A stretch of 64,000 nucleotides of DNA from the NCBI GenBank assembly GCA_964016885.1, contig OZ024742.1:124496001-124560000 (forward strand), written 5' to 3'. Under the pieces are notes generated by a model that worked only from the letters and a program-made list of their open reading frames with translations, ran no database searches and was not told the DNA's origin. The DNA is from Eledone cirrhosa. Its lineage: Eukaryota. The position numbers and the translations under genes are program-made. Numbering within the stretch: the stretch's first letter is position 1; each line of letters starts with the position of its first letter. Below, piece by piece: positions 54,545 through 64,000 of the stretch.

Positions 54545-55030
54545 TATTTCAATAGATGACCTTTGGTGAATAAAATATTAGTATTCTCATACATGACTTT
54601 CATTGCATTCACGATCTGATGGGGTATCCCAGACGAAAGAACAAATTTGAGTATCTTCTTTCGGTCGATCGAATCAAAGGCTTTCTTGAAATCTATTAAA
54701 CAAATGGTTTTCTCCTTCTTGTGATTCCGTACCTCCTCAACATTCCTTCTTAAAGCCAAGATATGTGAAGCAGTTGAGCAAAATGGTCGAAATGCATTTT
54801 GACGTATAAACGTATAATGTTGTCAATACTTGTCTAATCCTATTCATGGTCACCATATTGTGAGACTTTGCTGCAATTTTCCTGTGACTGATGCCTCGAT
54901 ACTTAGTGCAGATGGTAAGGACACCTTTCTTGGCTATTGATACCTTTCCTGATATTCCCCATTCCTCAGACAAGTACCCTTTACAGTTTACGATACAGAA
55001 GTCTCTATGCCCTCAACAATGTCACCGGGT
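54545..55030 (-). mobile_element. RTE-like LINE RT fragment
   Basis: KYRGIS..IAAK, LIDFKKAFDSIDR, GIP..IVNAMKVMYENT. Confidence 0.8.
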
Positions 55031-56031
55031 CATTGAACCACAGTAGCGGTAGCGGTAACAATAGAAATAACAACAACATCCACATCATTATCGCCCCGTA
55101 TCTCTTGATAGCTTTAACAGTGACGACTGAGAGAACTCCACCAATACCTATTTATTCACTAGACTCCAATTACCTCCTCCTATTTATATATTGTTTAAAT
55201 TGTATTCACCTTGTATATCCACCTCAAACTATTAAGAGTATTAAGCAGGGAAAGAAATGGATGTTTCACCTACGAACCGCGACCAAAATGGCAAAGGAAT
55301 TGCGGTGGAAAATTAAAAGAAGCACCCGCTGCAACAGCCGCCCCACCGTCTTTCAAATATTACGGAGACCCGTACAAAGAGGAAGCGGTAACTCATTCAC
55401 CAGTATTTAACTATATTCCACTCTAGTGCACCAACATCTACAATATCAACAATAATATCACAAACAAATATAACATTCAATATGAAATTTAAAAAAAAAT
55501 CATTTCCGATTGAAGCTTTCGAAGTGCGTTTTTGAAGCCATATTCATTATTTTTCTCTTTGTTTGCGATCAATAGCATTCCATTCTCAGTTGCCCTCAAT
55601 GGATATTTAATCACGATCATAGTTTCTTTTTTTTTTTTTTACAAATTGAGAACGTTTATTTTACCATGCTGTTTATATTAAAATAAAGCACATTATTAAA
55701 TGGAACAAAAGAAAAAAGAATTAAGCAAGGGAAGTAGGAGAGAGGAGGTACTTACACACTCACCTATCTGTTCTGACAAATTGTCAAAGGCATTACCGTA
55801 GAGAAGAGTCGTGAATGTTAGAGGATCGGATAATATTTCCGTCTGTTTGATGACTTCAATTCCCACAATGCTCCACGACATTACCAGCCTTAGACGCTAA
55901 AGATAGGTAATCGTTCATATCATAGCATTTAGGTCGTAAATCAACTACTTCTAAATGTACCCATTTTTCGCTAAATTGAAAAAAATGCAAATACGTATGA
56001 TAAGGCAATATTTGTAAAGTAACAAATATGA

Positions 56032-56103
56032 GGTTCCATCGTGTAATGGTTGTCATATCTTTTTAACACGCCGAAAATCGTGATTTCAAAACTCGCTTTC
56101 ATT
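56032..56103 (+). pseudogene. tRNA-Val(AAC)-like pseudogene
   Basis: GGTTCCATCGTGTAATGGTT...TTAACAC...TTCAAAACTC; 3' acceptor strand broken. Confidence 0.65.
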
Positions 56104-56461
56104 GTTATATACTTTTAGTAAAAACGTTGTTTAATTGCTTCTTTAATTTCTTTGGTTATTTTAGTTGTTACAGCATTTTTTTTTTACTTAATGAAAGGCG
56201 GGTCAGACAGAGTAGGTTTGAAAATGAAATAGTTATCATGTTCCAGAATAGAACACATTCGTAGTCCGGTCAGTGGAAATGTGTCTGACATAGGGCTAAA
56301 CAACCACCCTAAATATCTTACAACTAAATTCAGCTTACTAAACACATTCAGATTTATATACAGTCACACCAGCCTTTCTAAATTGAATCTAAGGCACGGA
56401 TATACATTTTAGTGACACAGGATACGTATAATACAAGGTACTACATGAAATGTGTCTATGT

Positions 56462-56517
56462 GATTCCATGGTGAAATGGTTATCATGTGCCCTCAAAAGT
56501 TGAAGGTCCTTGGAACC
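56462..56517 (+). pseudogene. tRNA-Val-like pseudogene, T arm deleted
   Basis: GATTCCATGGTGAAATGGTTATCA...GAAGGTCC-TTGGAACC. Confidence 0.55.
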
Positions 56518-57193
56518 TTTGTTATACTTTTTTTTATTTTTCAAATATGTGTAGAGTCGCGTTTGTTATAGGTTCAGATATTGCTTCAGACTAACTTCTC
56601 AATGATTTCGAAAGAGTCCTTATGAATCTAACTCATGAATAACTATTTTCAGCAAACAAGATACATAATACAAAATGATTTGAGGAAATATATGTATACG
56701 TAAATAAGTCCACAAAACACTTAGCAAGCGACCTAATTCGAACGACAACTTGCAACCATGATTCCTGCTAAACAAACCAAACTCTGACTGCCAACCTTTC
56801 CAAACTTGGCAAACCTAAAAGGATCGTAACACCCACCAAATGAGGGATGCAAATGTCAAATGGGTACGTCGGATTCACATGTAGGAGGTTATGAGTCCGA
56901 GACTCGCTTGACTCTTTGATTGTCTATATAGCCTTTGAATTCGTGTAGTGTCGTATTTCTTCCGTTTGTCTATTCGATGATTTCAATTTGCAGTGCTGAA
57001 TATGTTATCTCTGATGGAACTGGGCTGACGTATGTCATATAATGTACCAGCTGTAAACGTTGAAGATAGATAACCGGTCATATAGTAATTAGATCGTTAT
57101 TCAACCACTTCTGAATTCACATATCTTTCGGTTAATTGAAACAAATATAAACGTGTTTGATACGGAAATATTTGAAACATAAAAACGTTTTAA

Positions 57194-57267
57194 GGTTCTA
57201 TGGTTGTAGTATTTACCACATTTGCTTAAAACGCAGAAAGTCGTAACTTCGAAACTCGATGGAACCT
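57194..57267 (+). pseudogene. tRNA-Val-like pseudogene
   Basis: GGTTCTAT/ATGGAACC acceptor stem, TTGC(TTAAAAC)GCAG anticodon arm, TTCGAAA T loop. Confidence 0.7.
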
Positions 57268-57863
57268 CTGGTAGAATTACATGTAATTAAAAATAAGCAT
57301 TATCATATTTAATTTATTTGTTTATTTTTGTTGTCACTGTAGTTTTTAAAAACATGTTTTACAGAGTAAGTTTGAAGATGAAGGTACCAGAGTTCTTAGG
57401 CTTACAGTATAGGACACAGTTGTAGGTATGTTTGCGTACATGTGTCCGACTTACGTATAAACAACGATATTAAATATCTAAGAACAGAACTTCCTTTAAA
57501 GATTTTGTAAGTGTACGTATATATACTGTACCTGTGTTTATTATTATTAGATCACGCATATTTATCACCGCCAAGAGATTAAGAAAAGAAAAACATGATC
57601 ATACAATCATATTTAGAGTCAATAGCAAATCAGTGTAGTAAAACCCGAAGCATAAGTATGTTAAAACAAATTATTGGCGGGGCTAAAGCCCATCCCCCCC
57701 CCCAACCTCTGAGCACCTAAAGGCTTGAAAAACTAAACTGAGCTTTAAAAACATTCCAGTTTATATAGTCACACCAACTTTTCTAATTCGAGAGCCAAAA
57801 ACAAACATTTTAGGCACACAAGTTGCATAGAGTACATAATTATATGGTATAATATATGTATAT

Positions 57864-57930
57864 GATTCCATAGACAAGGGGCTATCGTGTTTCCCCGACC
57901 GAAGGTCGTGAATTCATGACTCGCTGAAAC
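57864..57930 (+). pseudogene. Very degenerate tRNA-Val-like copy
   Basis: GATTCCATAG...GAAGGTCGTGAATTCATGACTCGCTGAAAC in the same flank context as 56462. Confidence 0.45.
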
Positions 57931-58130
57931 GGTTGATTTCCAGTGCGATATATATTACGTATGATGGAACGGGGCTGGCTTATGTTATACAATAGTACAT
58001 AACTCAGACGCTAAAGATAGGTTACCTTTCATATCATAACAGTTAGATATTAATCATCTGCTTCGAAATATATACAGCTTTCGCATAATTGAAACAAATG
58101 TGAATATGTTTGATAATGCAATGTAACACA

Positions 58131-58203
58131 CATATTGTGGTGCAGTGATTATCACGTCTGTTTAACACTGAGAAGATCGTGCGTTCAAAATTCGCTGGAA
58201 CAT
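58131..58203 (+). pseudogene. tRNA-Val(AAC)-like pseudogene
   Basis: GGTGCAGTGATTATCACGTCTGTTTAACAC...GTTCAAAATTCGCTGGAAC. Confidence 0.7.
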
Positions 58204-58499
58204 GTGCAAGTATGCATTTTATATATTTGTTTCGTATATTTCAGTTGTTACCGTTTTGTTTTTAATTATTGAAAGATACGTGATGTAGAGTAGCTTTAGA
58301 AATAAAGGACCAGGGGGTTTGTTTCAAAATAGAGCCCATTTGTAGGCGTAAGTCTATCCGACATAGGGACGTGACGAAATATAGCCGGAACGAGTCTTGG
58401 AGACCTATAAGGTTTTGTGGGCCTATAACACCCCCTTCACACAGACATATATGTATATATATGAATATATATATATATATGTGTGTTTGTGTTTATGTA

Positions 58500-58558
<59 letters not shown>

Positions 58559-58599
58559 ATAATAATACTATTTATAGTTATGTATATAGTATAAATAAC

Positions 58600-61500
58600 T
58601 ATAAACAGGAAGGTCAGTAATTTCTTAATTACCTTATTACCAGTAAGAGAAATACCTCAATGTATGAACATCAGTTGTTTTACACAACAGGAAAATAAAT
58701 AAATTATACAATTATCAGAGTTGTGTTCAAATCATTTAATAGCTGACAATCGTTTCTTCCAAATTCTCGTTTGGACTCATCGGAGCATTATCAATGTTTG
58801 CAACTATAATTAACCTCCTATTCAACTGAACAATAATACATATATGTTGATGTTGTGAGCAACAGCTTCGTATTTACAGGGTGGAATGGATGTGACATAT
58901 TTTACGAGAATTGTACGATAAGAGTACAAACATTCAAGTTCAAATTAAAATTAAAATTAAAATTAAAATTAAAATCAAAATCAAAAGCACGGAGTGGAAT
59001 ACATGCAACAGTTAAAACAAGGGAATAGTCCAAATATTAAAGAGGCATTGGGGAAGTAGTTTTGAGAAAGGAAGAGTGCAATAACAATTCATATACAGGC
59101 GTGTGGATGGTGCGACTGCGTAAGTCATATACAAGAGAAGGAGACAAGCAAAGCTATTGTGCATATATAGATGAATAAATACTGCACTTTAAGCAAATAT
59201 GTAAATGTATTAGAGTCTATGGTGGATGTTGAATGTTGATGGTGTTCGAATTAATATGTGTTGAGAAACATAGAGTTTTTGCAGACTTTTACATGACATA
59301 TGTTGAATTAAGTTTTAGTTAATGTTTATATTGAATGTGTTAAGTTAGTTAGAGCAATGGATTGTAAATTAGTCTTAATGAATTCATATTCATAGACTTT
59401 ATTTGATCAACCGTTAAATTTTCAATCGCTAATTTCCGGAAGTGAATAAGGGGAGCTAATGCGTAAGGGGAGGTAACAAACTAATTAAGTTCAATTTAGT
59501 TATTCAAATTATTTATTCTAATACACAATGTAATGTGATACCATTTGATCTCTGTTACATAACCCTGTATATAAATACAGATTTTAAATACTGATTTTAA
59601 ATACAGTGTATTCCACTATCATACATTAAAGGTCTCTTTAGATTGTTATCTATTCATTACTCGACAAGGTATATGTTATGAAGGACTATACAGTTGTTAA
59701 TATGTCATAATAGATATGCTATATGTGTAATAATATAATCCCTAATATACAATGCTATTACATTTCATATTTAATTATAAATGTATATATACTTTATTAT
59801 TATTATGTTGTTTAATTTAAGCATTTAATTATACAATTATAAATGCACATATAGTTTATCATCACATTACATTAAATGTCTCTACATACCAAGTGCCAAA
59901 TATCGATTACTGTATAGGATATAATTAATCTATTGTAGTGATATCACAAACTGGTCACTCTATGTGTAATTCTAACTGTTATTGCAAAGCATAAGGTTAT
60001 AGATGCAGAGGAGTTGTGTAGAGGAAAGAGTTGTTCGAGGGGTTTGCGGTTGTGGGTGCTGCTAAGTCCTAGATGTGTAGTGTTAATGGTGTTGGGGAAT
60101 TCAAATCTGACATTGTTGTATACTAACAGCTAGTTTTAAATTTATGGAACGAGTGCCGGTATCGGTGTTGGCACGAGGAAAATATCTCTGACTTTCTATT
60201 AAGGATGTCTGTTTCGATAGGATTATAGTATGGGTCTCCAGAAGGCAGAGATTACACAATTTATTCGGCAGTTTATACGATGAGGCCCTACCTACTACTT
60301 CCCATTGCAGTGTAAATGGTGTATTCCTAGTTTTCTGAGAGTGTATGTAGCTAGATAAAGAAATTGAGCTGGCTAGATTGTTTTTTTGAAAGAGTGGAGG
60401 TGCAAGTTGTATGTCGTCTTGATGTTGTTCGAAGTAGAACCTATATATGTTTTAGAAGAGTTGTTTGCGTTGACGGTGCATGAGTAGATGATGTCTTCGG
60501 TTAAGCAATTATTACCTAAGGGGCAAGTTCTATTAGTTCTAGAGTTGCATTTATTCTGGGTGTTAACTTGCCGGTTCCTATGTTGTGAAGAGTTCTGGTT
60601 GCTAGTGGTAGCACTAGGGTAATGATGTCTATCATTAGTATTGTTACTGATTTCATTATTGCTATTATCATTATTACTATTATTACTACTATTGTTTACA
60701 AGTACTAAGTTTACCTTCTGTTATGTTTTAATTAGTTGGAAATAGTTATTAATCTTCCTCTATTACTACTAGCTATATGGTATGCTATGTTAGGTGTGGT
60801 GGAGTACGATATTTTAATTGTATTTTTATTGATAAGGCTATGGTACTTGTGGCCGGTCGGGAAGTACTTTTTCTAAGATTGAGAAGAAAGCCTTAGGCAA
60901 GTTGGTAGAGACGTTTAGATTGAAAGGGGGATTGAAGAATGTATTAGTTCTCCTTCTATTTTTGTTTATAGTATTGTTTTTATTAGGTATTTATATCTCT
61001 GTTTATATTATTATCGTGGTGTTTACTTTGGTGCGAGTTAAGTTTGGTATTAATCTTCGTCTTAGGGTTATAGTGGCTAGTGTTTTTACTATTTTTTCCT
61101 CATGGCTATATTATGAGAAATAATGTTGTAACTATGTTATTTTATATGTAAGAATTCAATCTCATTCTTATGTCATGATGTAGGTAAGGCCTCATTATAA
61201 TATTGTTAATTATTGTTAAATATAGTTTCATTATATGGTAGATTAGAGATTCTATTAGATATTCCTTTGGTAATAGAGTTTAATATGGATTTAGGTTGGT
61301 TAGAGTTGCTGTTCACATAAATTAGTTTTTCGTTAGTTTTATGATATGGTGTGTGTATTCTAGAGTCTAGGTTAAGCGTAGCATCAAGGAAGTTGACGTT
61401 TTTAGTGTTTTTATGTAAGGTGATACTTAAGTTGTAGTTTTTGAAAATGTTGTGGAACTGCTTCCTAGTTTTTTCTATATTAAATTTTGTATAGTCTATA

Positions 61501-62290
61501 AGAAGAAGCGCATCATCGCGGTATAAACCACCGTTGAGGTAGGGTAGGTTCTTATGGATTTCATTAAGGAGGTATAGGCCCACCAAATAGGTGACCTGCG
61601 CTGAGTCACTAGATCCCATGGTTATGTCGAAGTTGTTATGCGTATCCTTGCGGGTCCATAATTGTTCTTCCAATATAATTATGGTTTTTCGGACTGTAAG
61701 TATGACATCAATTTGGGAACTAGTCAGGTCACTATTGTCCATGGCCATAATTAGAGCATTTAATAGGATATGGGAAATAGAGATATTGTATGAATTGATA
61801 TCAAATTGTATAATTTTTTTTTGTACACTCTGTAATACCCTTGAACCATTCATTAACCTCACCCGTATTTCCCCATTGGTTAAGATATATGTTGTGCTTA
61901 AATTGAGGGATGATTTTATCTATTATCTTCTTGCTGATAATACCAATGTCAGACTCGGAGGGGCAAATCAGTCTAATTGAAGGGTTACTATTGAAATCTT
62001 CTTCATAGTGCTTCTGAGAGAAGCCTGGTGGATTAGGGGTGTATGGCTATGTATGTCTCTGAAGTCATAATTTACTCACTATATTACGGCCTTCAATATT
62101 TATATCTTCCAGGTTTTTAGTAGTAGTTTTCTTGTAGCTCCTATGCAGTTCCTTACATATAAATTCTCTATAAGTATCGTAATCTAAGGTATATATATTA
62201 TTAGTTTTATCTGCATGTACTATGATTTTTCAACTTTTAATAAATCCTTTAATAGTGGAGTTACGTTAGTTTAAGAAAATGTTGTTTCTA
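58600..62290 (-). mobile_element. Penelope-like (Naiad-type) element, RT plus GIY-YIG plus long 3' region, disrupted
   Basis: IIQFDINSY, FDITMGSSDSAQV, GGLYRDDAL, NFLDATLNL, FFNPPFN, CNS..CPLGNNC, YIGST, CNLCLLE, SSCQHRY. Confidence 0.93.
58742..58786 (-). ncRNA. Hammerhead motif at the 3' end of the Penelope element (U4C core change)
   Basis: Reverse complement: GCT-CCGATGA-G-TCCAAA(CGAGAA)TTTGGA-A-GAAAC-GATT-GTC-AGC. Confidence 0.75.
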
Positions 62291-62306
62291 TTATGATGTT
62301 TTTTGT

Positions 62307-64000
62307 ATTAAAATATCGTAGTCCACCACACCTAACATAGCATACTATATAGCTAGTAGTAATAAAAGGAAGATTAATAACTATTTCCAACTAATTAAAA
62401 CATAACAGGAGATAAACTTAGTACCTGTAAACAATAGTAATAATAATAGTAATGCACCGTCAACGCAAAAAACTCTTCTAAAACATATATAGGTTCTACT
62501 TCGAACAACTTCAAGACGAGATACAACTCGCACCTCCACTCTTTCACCAAACACAATTTAGCCAGCTCCACTTCTTTAGCTACATACACTCTCTGAAAAC
62601 TAGGAATAGAACATTTACACTGCAATGGGAAGTAGTAGGTAGGGCTTCATCTTATTAAACGCCGAATAAATTGTGTAATCTCTGCCTTCTGGAGACCCAT
62701 ACTATAATCTTTTCGAAACTAGACCTCCTTAATAGAAAGTCAGAGACAGTTTCCTCGTGCCAACACCGGTACCGGCACTGGTTCAATAACTTTAAACCTA
62801 GCTGTTACTATACAACAATGTCAGATTTGAATTGCCCACCACCATTAACATCACACATCTAGGACTTAGCAGCACACACAACCACAAACCCCTCGAACAA
62901 CTCTTTCCTCTGCACAACTCCTAGTCATCTATAACCTTATGCTCTGCAATAACAGTTAGAATTAGACATACAGTGACAACCTTGTGATATAACTACAGTA
63001 TATTAATTATATCATATACAGTAATGGATATTTGGCACTTGGTATGTAGAGACATTTAATGTAATATATGATGATAAAATATATGTGCATTTATAATTGT
63101 ATAATTAAATGCTTAAATTACACAACATAATAAAAATAAAATATATATACATTTATAATGAAATATAAAATGTAATAGCATTATATATTAGGGTTTATAT
63201 TATTACACGTATAGCATATCTAGTATGACATATTAACAGCCTTATAATCCTTCATAACATATACCTTGTCGAGTAATGAATAGATAATAATCTAAAGAGA
63301 CCTTTAATGTATGATAGTAGAATACAATGAATTTAAAATCAGGCATAAATATACAGGGTTATGTAACAGAGATCCAATGGTATCACATTACATTGTGCAT
63401 TAGAACCAAAAATTTTAATAACAGAATTGAACTTAATTAGTTTGTTACCTCCCCTTACGTATTAGCTCCCCTTATTCACTTCCGGAAATTAGCGATTGAA
63501 AATTTAACGGTTGATCAAATAAAGCCTATGAATATGAATTCATTAAGACTAATTTACAATCCATTGCTCTAACTAACTTAACACATTCAATATAAACATT
63601 AACTAAAACTTAATTCAACATATGCCATGGAAAAGCCTGCAAAAACTCTATGTTTCTCAACACACATTAATTCGAACACCATCAACATTCAACATCCACC
63701 ATAGTCTCTAATACATTAACATATTTGCTTAAAGTGCAGTATTTATTCATCTATATATGTATTATAGCTTTGCTTGTCTCCTTCTCATGTACATGACTTA
63801 CGCAGTCGCACTATCCGTAGTCTGCATATGAATTGTTATTACACTTTTCTTTTCTAAAAACTACTTCCGCAATGCCTCATCAATATTTGGACTATTCCCT
63901 TGTTTTAACTCTTGCATGTATTCCACTCCGTGCTTTTGATTTTGATTTTAATTTTAATTTTAATTTGAACTTGAATGACTGTACAATAATTGTACAATTC
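62307..64000 (+). mobile_element. Inverted duplicate of the 3' part of the same Penelope element, running off the window
   Basis: Reverse complement of about 58908-60818 with a roughly 180-bp deletion removing the Cys finger. Confidence 0.93.

Larger units (their letters stand above)
55870..58370 (+). repeat. Decayed tandem array of tRNA-Val-containing units
   Basis: Upstream block (GACGCTAAAGATAG...AATTGAAA) at about 55890, 57055 and 58005; second block (AACTAAA..AGTCACACCA) at about 56322 and 57731. Confidence 0.8.

Noticed and set aside
56032-58203. Functional tRNA genes
   Set aside because: Every copy has broken stems or A/B boxes; called as pseudogenes

Overview
AT-rich, microsatellite-laden animal genomic DNA. 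The tRNA-derived SINE families and repeat content suggest an octopod cephalopod (inference). No intact host protein-coding gene was recognised. The window is a graveyard of mobile elements: about a dozen tRNA-SINE copies from at least two families, RTE, CR1/L2-like and Vingi/Ingi-like LINE fragments, a truncated Helitron Rep, and at least five distinct Penelope-like elements (RT plus GIY-YIG with a CxC..C finger, Naiad-type). It also holds a decayed tandem tRNA-Val cluster. The main signal missed by the ORF track is about a dozen type I hammerhead ribozyme (HHR) motifs, found by eye, lying in Penelope pseudo-LTRs, fold-back palindromes and small non-coding repeats. Two unrelated motifs carry a U3-A8 core (UUGAUAA), and one has a bulged, extended stem I. 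Fold-back architecture recurs from about 100 bp to more than 5 kb. Ribozyme, TSD and tRNA coordinates were counted by hand; element boundaries are approximate.
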